From Anolis carolinensis (lineage: Eukaryota), in the NCBI RefSeq assembly GCF_035594765.1, contig NC_085842.1:9361256-9425255 (forward strand): a stretch of 64,000 nt of DNA, given 5' to 3'. Shown here in pieces: positions 24,101 to 36,039 of the stretch. Position numbers and translations under genes: made by a program. The notes beneath the pieces are model-generated. The model was not told the DNA's origin. It did no database searches and saw nothing but the letters and a program-made list of their open reading frames with translations. Each line of letters begins with the position of its first letter. Within the stretch, counting starts at the first letter, position 1.

Positions 24101-27100
24101 CCATTTTTCTATCTGCAATCGATTCCATTTCCATTCTCCTACTGCTACCCGTTCGACACCATAGTTGTTGGCTACCTTCTGCCTTGTCTCTCCTTTGTCC
24201 AGGTTTCTGCTCCATGGATCCAACGACCTTCTTTCTCTTCGTCGCCATACTCACGCAGAAGAAAGCACATGCACAGATCAGTGGCCCTCCTGGCAGGTGT
24301 CTGGTGCACAGAGAGACCCACTGTATGTTGCTGCCGAGAGAAACAGCCGTGGATCCCGGTGGGAGACAGACTGCGCCGGATGATACAGATACACTTCTCC
24401 CATCAACTGCCAAATGGGACTCTTACACTTTATGGAAGTTGGCTGTAAATATGAGTTCCAAAGGGATAGATTTGCCTGACAAAGCTGTGAACGTGCAAAA
24501 CCGTGACTGTAAAGAAAAGGTGGAGAACAATGATGAAGGCAGAAAAGGGAACAAAAAAGGGATGTCTGTAGGACTCGGCCAGATAGAGTGGCATCCACAT
24601 AACATCCCACGTGAGAGAGAAGAGACTGCCTCCACACCATCCCAGTCTGTGAGGAAGGACAAGACTGGACCAGAGGAAAGAGCTGCTGATCCATCTGTTG
24701 TGATTCAACCCCACGCTGCTCAAGTCTGCAGTCCCCAATGAGGAACAGGGAGCTAGTTTCAGAAGAGGCTGAGGGAATCCCTCCCCCTTGTCTCCTGATT
24801 GACAGTTGGGATGTATCTATTTGTTCTCTTCTTTCTCTTTCTTTCTCTCATTTCTTTTTCTCATTCTGATTGGTTTTGTAGAATGGTGCAAGATTTCTGA
24901 CTTTTATATCTCCGTGTGTGCTGTGTGCATTGAGACCTCTCTCTGCTTGTGTCTCAGGAGAGATGTAGGGCTTGGAATTTTCCCCTCCCTTTTAAACCCG
25001 AGAAGAGATGGAAACAGAGAGTAGCTCAGACCCAGTCATTGACTATTAAGAAATGTAGTTAGTGTTTTTTGTAAACACTGGGCTGTATGGCCATGTTTTC
25101 TGGGCTGTATGGCTATGTTTCAGAAGTATTCTCTCCTGATGTTTGCCTGCATCTATGGCAGGCATCCTCAGAGGTTGTCAGGTATATGGGAAAAACAGAT
25201 CTATAAACCTCACTAGCCTAGTTTCCAATATACCTCCCACCTCTCAGGATACCTGCCATAAATACGGGCGAAACGTTAGGAGAGAGGGGGAACCAGGAAG
25301 ACAGTTCCATCTTGTCTACTGTGCCATCAGTTGGAGGCCCAACTGATGCTCTGGGGCCCTCCCCCTAGTAACATGCTATGCTAATAATATAATATTTATT
25401 ACATATATATAGTGTATATAATGTACAATATAAAATACAGTAATATATAATATATTTGAGAGAGGGGAAATATGCTTTGACTCCAGTTATGGTAATCTTC
25501 CCACTTGAGTCTGAATTGGCACTAATGTTATATTATTATTATTGTTGTTGTTGTTACTCTTATGCCACATATTTCTGACATAAGCCCTGCCTTACAGACC
25601 CTCAGTGACTGTGATGATTTAGGATAATACTGCCTTTTGAAACAGAAATCCCCATCAGTGAGGGAGCCTTACCAAGAGAGGCCACAATCCCATTCATCTC
25701 CTCCATGATCTGCTTGTGCAAGGCTTTCTGGTCCGGATTCAGGAGAACCCACTCCTCCAGGGAGAAATCCACAGCCACGTCCTCAAAGGCGATTGGGCCC
25801 TGGCGGAAGAAGAAAAGATTCCCTTCTCACATGGGAGCGATCAAGAAAAAGAATAACAAGAAATTCTTTAAAGTAGATTTACATTCCTGTTGGTTGTTTG
25901 AAAGGGAAAGGGCCAAGGCCTCCATGCCACAGTTGTAAGCTTTCTAGAGATGACGGGTTGGTCAGTCAGAACCATTTCTCAATTGATACGTAGAATCAGA
26001 AATGGAATCTGAGCATGTTCCAGCCTTTATTGTGGTGCCCAGAACTGGACACAGTGTTGTTCCAGGTGAGGTCTCCCCAAAGCAGAAAGAAGGACACAAT
26101 ATTCCTTAGGATGGAGCCCAAAATCCCATAGTCCTTTCAGCTGCTGCATCACATTGTTGGCTCATGTTCCACTTGTAGTCCTCTAACACTCCAAGATCCC
26201 ATCATATGAATGACTGTCAAGCCCACCCTGTACCTGTGCATGGCATTTTTATCGTTCCTAAGTGTACTACTCTACATATATTCTTGTTGAAATTAATTAG
26301 GTTAGTTTTGGCCCAGCTATCCACCATGTTCAGGCCATTTTGAATTCTGATCCTATCTTCTAGACTGTCAGCTATACCTGCTAATCTGGTGTCATCTGAA
26401 AATATGATACGCATGTTGAGCAGTACTGGGCCCAGGACAGAACCCTGCGACACTCCACCCTTTGTCGCTCAAACCATTACAAATCCACCGAACAGGAGTA
26501 TTATCCAGCCCACTTTTTACTAGTTGTTTGTGAAACCATGGGAGGCCTTTCCAGAGGTCTTACTGAAAGCAAGATGTGCTACACCCACTGCATTTCCTTC
26601 ATCTACCAAGCTTGTAACTCTACTGAAAAAGAGATTAATCGGGCATGACTTGTTTTGGAGAAACCCATCTTGCCCTTCAGTGATTACAGCCTTTTTTCTA
26701 AGTGATTCCAGACGGCCTTCTTCATGATCTGCTCCAACATCTTCCCTGTTATTTAGGTCAAGATAACAGGCGACTTCAATGCAAGGGTAGGGTCTACTTT
26801 GGTAAATGTGTTGAGAGAAAAGAACCTGGATGAAGATCCCTTCAACTCCCTCCCGACACCTGAAGCCCGACACTCTAAGGACCAAGCGTGAAACCAAGCC
26901 GGAAAATGACGGACCAAAATGGCCACGCAGCTCAACCTGTCTCGGCTAAATGGACTTACTCAGTTTCCTGACTCTGGAGAATATACATTGGTCTCACCAA
27001 GGGGCTCTAGTGTCATAGACTATCTTCTGACTTCACCCTCCATAGCTAGCAACATTCATTCATTTGGTATCGACAATTCCTTGCTTAGAGATCGTTTCCC

Positions 27101-29890
27101 ACTTCCCCTTCCCCTGGTTTTGGAGAGAAGCAGCACTTCCCCACCTGGACAAGCCTACCCACAATACACTAGGCTGAAGCGGAACCTTAAGATGAAGGGG
27201 GTGTGCCTAGATATCTTGAACTCTTATGAAGTGTTGTCCATAGAAACTATGATCATTGAAATCCCAGATTTCAAGGAGGTGATCACCGGGTTTGAATCCC
27301 TTATAAAACCTTTCTTTTAAAAATGATACGATTGGCAAAGAATGCTGAGGCAACCCAGGGTCAGATCCAAAAATTGGTTCGATAAAGAGTGCATAATAGC
27401 AAACAAACAGATCTGCTCCCTCTATAACGATTATCAATCCACATCAAACGATCTCCTCCTTATAAAAATTTGAGAGTCTAAACAGCTGCTGCAACTGCTT
27501 ATGGGCCAGGTCAACATAACTGGATGGTCATTGTTAGGGGACCTCTTTTTGGTCCATTCTTGGAGATAGAGACAACCTTTGCCTCCTCCACCCTGCTGGG
27601 ACTTCTCCTGTTCCCAAAAATGAAGAAAGAGGATTGACAGTGGTTCTGGGATTACTACTCTTAGTTCAATTCTCTTGGGTGTAGTTCACCTGGCCCTGGA
27701 GACTTGGATTCATCGAGAGTGGCCAGGTATTCCTGGGCCACTTCTTTACCTATTTGGGGTTGCATTTCCCCAGTTGCTCCATCTTGCTCAGGAAGAATAC
27801 CCATTTCCTTTTGGGAGAAGACTGAGGCCATGTTCTACCTCTTCCCTATCCCTGGTTAGCATTTCACCACCTTCTCCAGGCACAGACCCTACTCTTGGCT
27901 CATTTCTTCTTCTGACCTCATTTTCTAATTTAGATTGTTAGACCTTTTCCCAACTTATGCAGGTTAGTCGTTTACATTCCTTGGTGACTCTTCCCCCTTT
28001 CCATTTCCTGTACATGTCCTTTTTCAATCTTAGCTCCGTTGAAATTTCTTTGAACATCCATTCTGGTTTCTTTAATTCTCTCTTCATTTTTTCCCTCCTT
28101 GTATTTCACTCCAAGATTTCACTTCTAAGGAAACACATTCAATCTTGTCAGTTTCAATAGATATTTGGCCATTAATCCTGGAACCAAAGGCACCCCGGCA
28201 GGCCCAGCCCTCCTCTCCCAGGAATCCTCCTGCTTACCTGACTCAGTCCCACTCCATCGCAAAGGGGGAGAAACGGCTGAGGATTCGGCCACAGCATCAT
28301 TCCAGACCCTGGAGAGAGAGCAAGGGGTGGAAAGCTGGTCACAGAAACAGGCCTCAGAAGTGACCATTGCAGTCCTATAAAGAGACCGATGAGGAAACGA
28401 CCCTAAGAACACAGGCGCATTCAACAGCCAATGAAGATGTACAATGTGAGGGATTAGGACTTTATCTCGCAAGCCCTGCTGTGAGGATGTTCGAGTGAAA
28501 CTAGCACTGGGCTTGGTGTTTGACTAAAGTGATTCTTTGTTGTCTGTTTGTCTTCCAGCTCAGTTTCAGGGCTTATCTTCACTTAGGGTCCCACCTGAGA
28601 AGACACTGAAGTCCTATTGCAAGAAAGAAAACTGCAAATCAAACTGAAGTCACACCTCTGGCAACCTAATGCCTACATATAACAATAACAATAGCAGTAG
28701 TAGCAGTAGTAGTAATAATAACAATAATTATTTCATTTTTACTCGCCTCTCCTTGCAGTTCGAGGCAGGTTACCACAAAATTTTAAAAACATGAACATTG
28801 CCAAAATTCAACAAAGATACCTATTTCTATAAAAGATACACATTAAAACTGCATTTCTATAAAATACATATTAAAGTCCATAAAACATCACACAAAGGAC
28901 AGGAGTTTAAGATATATACCCCTCTCAAGGCCAAATGATCCTGCGTGTTCATGTTCTGAAGCTCAAACTGTGGGTGTGCAATCATCCCCCAAAGTGGGAT
29001 TTCCACTGGCACAAACCCCCAAAACTCCCAGAAGAGTTCCTTCTCACCCTGCAAGGCAGCAGCCCCGTCTCTTTCCCGCTTCAGCTCCTTCTGCCTGAGA
29101 CTCTGGGTGGTGTCTGGTGGAGATTCCTCTGGTGCAGGGACTTCCATGGAGTTATTATTAGGGGCCTGGAAGAGCACAGAGCGTTCCAGAAGGAGTTTGG
29201 GAAAAGTTCAAAAATATCACAGACCTATAGACCTTTTTGGAAAGAATAACTCTGAGATGGGAACCTAGTTTGGAACCAATGCCCCCCTCCCCCTCCCATG
29301 ATTGTCTATGTTCTATCTTGAGCAGAGCATCAACCAAGCTGACAGTAGAGACGGAGGGGCAGAGCAGGTGGGGAAAGAGGCCGAGGGAGCAGGGCCTTGC
29401 TTATCCCCCACATCGGTCCCATCTTGGAAGAAAGGCAGGATGTACGTTCAACCTGTCCATCAGTCTCCAGGTTAGTGAAACCCAGAGGGAATGCTCTCAC
29501 CTGTCCTTCCTGCTCCTTGTCCTCGGCCCGACTCAGGAGGAAGCCTTCCGCCAGGGCCACCGCCTGGGAACAGGTCTCTGCCCCACACTCTCGGACCCAG
29601 CTCCCCATCTCTGGGGGCAGGATGCTCAGGAACTGCTCCAGGGTCACCAGGTCCAGCACCTCGGCCTTGGTGTGCTGCTCTGGCTTCAGCCACTGGCGGC
29701 ACAGATCGTGGAGACGACTGCAAACCCCTCGGGGTCCTTCACCCTCTTGGTAGGAGGACTGCCTGAAGCGCTGGCGCTGTGTGTCCGAGCTGTCAAGGTC
29801 CACACTCAGGGACTCATGTCTGGTTCTTTCCCAGGATTCCCCACTGCCCCCAGGTCCTGCTTCAGGCCCACGTGAGTTGGGTCTCTCCAT
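21158..29890 (-). CDS. SCAN-KRAB-C2H2 zinc-finger gene copy A; exons 29890-29501, 29165-29048, 28308-28238, 25799-25673, 21675-21158 (407 aa; 2 intact plus 2 degenerate fingers)
   Basis: All introns are GT-AG and phases are compatible (0, 1, 0, 1); SCAN and KRAB-A motifs present. Confidence 0.82.
22144..24290 (-). mobile_element. Degraded pogo/Tigger-like DNA transposon
   Basis: TIR-like ta-cagcagagtctcgcttatccaac; transposase pieces [17 protein letters not shown] and LLLDNA..HP..FLPPN.T...QPMDQG; internal ~120-bp tandem duplication at 23543-23785. Confidence 0.85.
22832..23337 (+). mobile_element. tRNA-headed SINE with L2-type 3' tail, nested in the Tigger element
   Basis: Head gggctgggctgtagcacaactgg; tail ccgccctgagtcccc...(taa)n; interrupts the transposase. 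Partial paralog at 45888-46770. Confidence 0.65.
25078..25285. mobile_element. Older PLE fold-back fragment with two decayed hammerhead motifs
   Basis: Homologous to 7819-8030; cores mutated (ctcagga; GAAA lost); not seen in copy B. Confidence 0.7.
25673..25799 (-). CDS. KRAB-A exon, 127 nt (copy A; not in the ORF track)
   Basis: cag|[42 protein letters not shown]|gtaagg. Confidence 0.92.
26010..26720 (-). mobile_element. Degraded CR1 RT fragments
   Basis: [22 protein letters not shown]; paralog at 49150-49900. Confidence 0.75.
26750..27480 (+). mobile_element. Non-LTR APE endonuclease fragment
   Basis: [10 protein letters not shown] at about 26763 and YT...G.SVIDY in ORF 26919; paralog at 49930-50650. 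Confidence 0.6.
29501..29890 (-). CDS. SCAN-domain exon (copy A)
   Basis: [51 protein letters not shown]. Confidence 0.93.
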
Positions 29891-30299
29891 GTTGGAACCA
29901 CTCTGGTGAAGAACCCAACCGTACCCAAGATGCTTTTCCTCCCTCTTCTTTCTTTCAAGGGAAAGAAATCCCTCCACAGGCTCTACACCAAAATTCTCAG
30001 CCAAAAATCACATTTCCTCTGTGAAAGAAAGGCAGAAAGGTTATGGGACCAGGCTTTTGAGCAATACTAGCAGCAGAAATGACAACTGTATGATCCAAGG
30101 TATAATGACAGACCCGGTTTGTACTTGAAATGCACCTTGAATGTTTATTTATATGTATATTTATGAAGGTTTGAATGTAATTTAATTTAAATGGAATTTT
30201 GAAATGTGATTGTAATTGTTTGATATATGTGTTTTATATTGTAATCCGCCCTGAGTCCCCTTGATGGGTGAGAAGGGCGGGGTAGAAATGTTGTAATAT

Positions 30300-31130
30300 T
30301 GTAATTTTGTTCATTTGTAATAAATGAACAAAAAGAAGACTCAACAATGACATGGTTCCATTATAATCGACTCCAAGAGAGACTCCGTCTAGACAACAAA
30401 ATGGGTAGACAAGAATTGGAGAATCAGCAGAACCAACTGCTACAGACAAAAGACAAGCCAATTGGGAAGCTACATCAATTTCTTCTGAAAGATTTTACAA
30501 TTGATGAAGAAATAAAAGAACCTATGATTCAGTGGGTGAAAACTCTAGGCTAAGCAATAACTCCATGAGAATGGGAAGAGCTCTAGTAAAAATGACTAAA
30601 ATTTACAAGGAGTCACACAATTAAATAAAATTTCAACAAAATGATACATAGATGGTACAAAACTCCAGAAAAACTCTCAAATACAGACACACACACACAT
30701 GTTGGGACTTGCCCAAAAGCTAACGAAATTCTGAATAAAAATCCACAGAGACATGGAAACTATTCTAGAGTAAAAAATCCTATTAAGACCAGAACCTTTT
30801 CTACCGGGAAACATCAAGAAAGACTCTTTCTTTATATGACAACAGAAGCAAGAACTGAATACGCAAAACTATGGAAACAAGAAGACATGCCAACACCAGA
30901 AAACTGGATGACAAAAGGTTTCGAAATGGCCAAAAAGGACAAACTAACTTCAGCTGCACAACAAACAAATACACAGAAACTTCAAGAAGAATGGAAACCC
31001 TTCATTGAATTCATAAAGAAGCAAAGGAAGATGGCCACGGCAGGATCTGTTGACTAAAATAGTATTCATAGTATACAGTTACATTTTGTACTATCTCTAA
31101 ACTCTTTATTCAAGAGACTTTGAATAATTG
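30300..31130 (+). mobile_element. Degraded L1-clade ORF2 3' fragment
   Basis: KMIHRWYKTPEKL, AR..YAKLWK, WKPF; paralog at 53340-54000. Confidence 0.6.
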
Positions 31131-31699
31131 CCCTATCAACACTCTTTGATTAGAATATAGAAGGTGGCAAGCCTCGTTAATTAGATATTTTAGAGCGACA
31201 CATATATAGAAACACATATTTGTGTAGTGTTGAAAGAAGAAAAGATGAAAATCTAACATAGTGAATTATCATCCAGACAATCCTAATTGACTAACCAATG
31301 GAGCGGATATTTGGGATCCATCTGGCAGTCGTGATGATGAGATGAAATGCCTGCAAAGAACGGGAAGAGGAGGCGGGAAGGAGGCCGGATCTCCTGGGAA
31401 GGCCAGAAGGTCCTGAGGAGAAGAGGGCGTTCGCTTCTGTCTCCGAGGCCCTGTGGATCTCCCCAACCCCGAGGCCATGTCTCTCATCCCGGGGCCTGGG
31501 CTGAAGAGAGGGACGTGAAGGCAAAACCAAGGCCAGGCCTCTCTCCCGCCCTCCCTCCCTCTTTCTTGGGATCACAGAAGACACGGAGACACTTCTTTCC
31601 TATTCTCAAAGAGACCTCCTTCGTTCTACAGCAGACCCATCACATTCACTCTTCCAAACAATCCTACCTTTCCTTTTGGCATCCAATGTTCTTTCCACC

Positions 31700-32570
31700 C
31701 TTCAAGCTGAGGTCAAGATTGGCCCTCAGGTCCCGGGAATGGCCGTTCATGGCGGAACGGCGAAGGAAAGGGCCGGGGGAGATTCTGCCCGGAGACGGAT
31801 GACGTCAGGGAGGGAGGCGGATGCCCATTGGCGGACCCTGGGCGTTGGGAAGAAAAGAAAGGAGGAGCGTCTCTCTCTGTCTAGAGCTCCGTTCGACGGC
31901 CGAGAAGCCCCGCCCCTCTCTGGGCATCGTGCCCGCGGCTGCCATGTTGAGCCCGGGCGGAAGTCCACCGAGGAGGGAGGCGTCTTCCTAGAGAGACTCA
32001 GGACGAGAGGCGCCTTTTCCTGTCAGAGCGAGCGCGGGAGGGAGAGGAAGGAGGAAGCGGAGGAGGAGGAGGAGGAGGAGGGGTGAGTGTGCGTGTGCGT
32101 GTTTGGGGGGGGGGCTGAGTGGGTCCCCGAGTCTCCCCCCGCGCCCCCCTCCGGCCTTGGCCTGCCTGGCCCTTCGCCTCAAGGCCTCCCTTCCTGCCTC
32201 CCTTCCTGCCCCCCCCCCCCATCTCCATCTCCATCTCCATCTCCACGCAGAGGCGCCTCCCGCTCCTTGGCCTGGCCCCCCCTTCCCCGCTTCACCCGGC
32301 GCTTCCTCGGGCAGCCTGCCTGCGATGAGGAGCGGGCCAGGAGAGTCCGGCCCAGGGCGAGTCTGCCCGGAGACGGGTGACGCGGAGAGACGAGGCCCAT
32401 TCCCATTGGCCGATTCCTGGAGTGACCGTTAACGGCAGAAGGGTGGAGCGGGGGGCGGGGCGGGGGCGTTCCTGCCCGGAGACCGATGACGCCAGAGAGG
32501 AAGGCGGATTCTCATTGGGCGTTGGGAGGAAAGGAAACAAGGGGCGTGTCTGCCCATTTTCCGCCGGGAA
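31700..32570. promoter_or_regulatory. CpG island, putative bidirectional promoter
   Basis: CpG-dense with GC boxes and three X/CRE/CCAAT modules; + strand donor GGG|GTGAGT at 32083; lies between the 5' ends of divergent genes. Confidence 0.75.
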
Positions 32571-33110
32571 TTAAAAACATGGATGTTCCAGAGCACGTTT
32601 GAATGAACAGGCCCAATACAGCTGGCATTAGAATGCTTCTCTCTGTTTTAAGGGCATACGGCACTTTATCACTCATTTCCATGACACAGCACTTTATGAA
32701 ACCTGTCCCCGCTGGTTGTTTTTAATTCTATGATTTTATTGCTTGGATTTTAATGTATTTATTATTTATTTTGTGAATCGTTGGAATGTTTTTGGTCAAA
32801 TGTCTTGTGTTGTTGTTTTCGGGCTTGTCCCTGTTGTAAGCCACCCCGGGTCCCTTTGGGGAGATGGGGCGGGATATAAAAATAAAGTTTATTATTATTA
32901 TTTATATTATAACAGATTTCATATGCAATAGGGTAACAGTGTAAATCAATGTTTCTCAACCAGGGGGTCGGGACCCCTGGGTAGGTCACGAAGGGGATGT
33001 CAGAGGTGTTGTCAAAGACCATCAGAAATACATATTTCTGATGGTCTTAGGAACCCCTTTGGCAGTCCTTGTGAATGTGATCAACAAATTCTCTGGTTAA
33101 TTGGGGACCA

Positions 33111-34790
33111 TTTTATTTATTTATTTATTTATTTTATTAGACTTGTATACCGCTACTCCCAGTTTGGCTCGGAGCGGTTTACAGAAATAGATTAAAACAA
33201 TACACTTAGCTTTAAATAAACAATAACAACAATAAAAACAACAATAAAAACAGACATAGCCCCGAGTTTTTCACCCATCGAAAGCTTGTTGGAAGAGCAA
33301 GGTTTTGCAGGCTTTCCGAAAGGCAAGTAGGTCTCGGATAGTTCGAGTTTCAACTGGCAAGGCATTCCATAAATGAGGGGCTACAATCAAGAAGGCATTC
33401 TTCCTAGTAGAAGACAAATGATAAGTCCGTATGTTAGGGATTTCAAGCAAATTTTGGTCTTCGGACCGAAGTAATCTCTGGGGTTGGTAGGGGGATAAGC
33501 GGGCCCTCAGGTACGCCGGCCCTAAACCATGTAAGGCCTTAAAGGTTAGTACCAGTATCTTGAAAGTAATCCGGTACTCAATCGGTAGCCAGTGCAGCTG
33601 TTGTAGAATTGGGGTGATACGCCACCTCACCGGCACCCTGGCGAGAAGACGAGCTGCCGCATTTTGCACCAGCTTCAGTTTCCGGATCACTGACATAGGA
33701 AGGCCAATGTAGAGGGCGTTACAGTAGCCGAGCCTCAAGATGACCGTCGCCTGGATCACCGTAGCCAGGTCGTTCCTAGATAGGTAGGGAGCCAGTCGCC
33801 TAGCCTGACGTAGATGGAAAAACGCAGATCTGCTCACAGCAGAGACCTGGGCCTCCATCGTGAGCAGAGGGTCCAATAAGACACCAAGACTTTTCACAGA
33901 AGATGACGGATGTAGTGTCTCGCCATCCAGGGTAGGCAGCTGCATCTCCCCCCCACCCGGACGGCCCAGCCAAAGGATCTCCGTCTTCGCTGGATTCACC
34001 CTCAACCTGCTGGCACGCAACCATCCAGTAACGGCCTCAAGGCACTGATGGAAACTATTGGGTACGGAGTCCGACCGGCCCTCCATCCTCAGAATGAGCT
34101 GTGTGTCATCAGCGTACTGGTGGCACTCAAGCCCAAAGCTCCGCACCAGTCGGGCAAGCGGTCGCAAATAGATGTTAAATAATAGAGGAGAGAGAATAGC
34201 TCCCTGTGGGACCCCACAAGTTAGTGGAGACCTCTCGGAAACCATCCCTCCCCTCACCACCCGCTGTCCCTGATTCTGGAGGAAGGAGGACACCCATTTA
34301 AGGGGTATCTCCCTAACCCCCATCATGGCTAGGCGATGGGTCAATAGATTGACCGTATCAAATGCTGCTGTGAGATCCAATAACACGAGCAGCGCTGATC
34401 CGCCTTGATCCCTTTGGCAGCGAAGCTGATCTGTGATGGCAACTAGCACAGTCTCCGTCCCGTGCCCCCTACGGAAGCCGGACTGGAAGGGATCAAGTCC
34501 GGCTGTGCGATTGAGGAACTGCTGCAACTGTTCCGCTGCTGCCCTCTCAACCACCTTGCCCAGAAACGGAAGATTCGAGACTGGGTGATAGCTAGAGGAA
34601 ACCGAACGATCTAAGTCTGGTTTCTTCAGCAGCGGAGATACCATCGCCTCTTTTAAACCCTCTGGAAAAACTCCTCAAGGGAGCTATTTATTATATTCAA
34701 CAGAGGTTCACGTAATCCCTCCAGGCAAGATTTTACTAGCCAGGAGGGACGCGGATCGAGGGAGCAGGTGGTCGGCCTAGTTGCAGTCAT
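33111..34790 (-). mobile_element. 5'-truncated L2-clade LINE
   Basis: ORF 33271-34644 with QSGFR, PQGAILSP and YADD; (TAAA)n tail at 33111-33137. Confidence 0.92.
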
Positions 34791-36039
34791 CTGGTGGCAC
34801 AAGCTATACCTGGTACTACCCAGATGACAGTCAGAAGCATCATCTTTAGCACATAATTTTAGTTCGAGCCACAACATTGTCTCCTGTGCAAAAGCAAACT
34901 TTTGCCTTTATTTTTCCTTCATTTACAATGTAATGTCTTCCTGTCCTTGTTGCCTTTCTATGAATCTGCTGCAGTTTGCCAATGTCCTTTCTAAAATGGA
35001 CTGAACTGAGCAGAACTGGGCAGGAATCATGTCTCCCACCCAAGGGTGCTGTTGGAGTGCAGAAGGATCTGGAGGGCAGCAGGATTCCCACTCATCCTGG
35101 GGGTCTATCCATCTGTCTCCTCTATACCGCCTTCTCTCATGTACTGCTGCTAGGCTGAGTGCCTTGGCTCTGGCTGAAGTTACATACCTTTGTGGTATAG
35201 GTTTTGTAAGAATGCAGTATGTCAAGGAACTTTGTGGCCTAATGTGCTCTCAGTGTCTCCAGGCGCCTTGCTTTAGAAACGTGGGGCAGGGATCACGCTG
35301 CAGGGAAAGAGAGGATCAGGAAAATATCTTTTTCCCGAGTTGGGAGAAATCTACACAAGAAAATGAAGTATTTTTCTCCCAAGACTGATCACTTGGGATA
35401 GTCTGTCCATACAGATGGCCACTCAGGTTTTGAGTGGAGATGTGAAGAAGCGGGATCTAGGTAGGAAATGCTTTGCATCGTTAGCCCCTTTCCGTGTTGA
35501 CCATATTATTAGAGGCCTTCCTTTACCAAGGTTGGATTAGACACAGGATCTTAGGCCGCTATCCCCTTTGCAGGGATTGTTCTTTGTTGGGCAAGTGTTA
35601 AAGTGCTTCTCAGCAGGCAACGGGCTCTTACCAGTTGGGCCAGTCTTTCTCCCCTCTTCCCCTGTGATTGCTACAGCACTAGGCTATTGTTCTTCATGTT
35701 CAATGAGATCTTTCTGTACTCTGCTCCTGATAAGATTTTCCTCTTATTCATCTCGCAGGTAACCTCTAAACGAACCTTATGAAGAAAACATTGCCCTTTG
35801 CCTTACGTCTGAAAGGAAAGTACGCAGGATTAACAAGAACAAGAAATAAATTGGAGAAATTATATTTCAAGCTACATACCTTTGAATGTAAGGAAAGGAA
35901 GGATTGTGCTGTAAAAAGAGGGGTTGGTAAAGAGAAAATAAGGCTACAGCAATACAGAGACTGGGAAGAGGAAATGTCCTATTCAGGAGTCCATATCTGT
36001 GAACTTCAGGCATAATATTAGAATAATAAATGTTAAAAA

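Noticed and set aside
24290-25075. Possible LTR/ERV remnant (also 47410-47830 and 62620-63430)
   Set aside because: LTR-like composition, but no termini or TSD could be established by eye.
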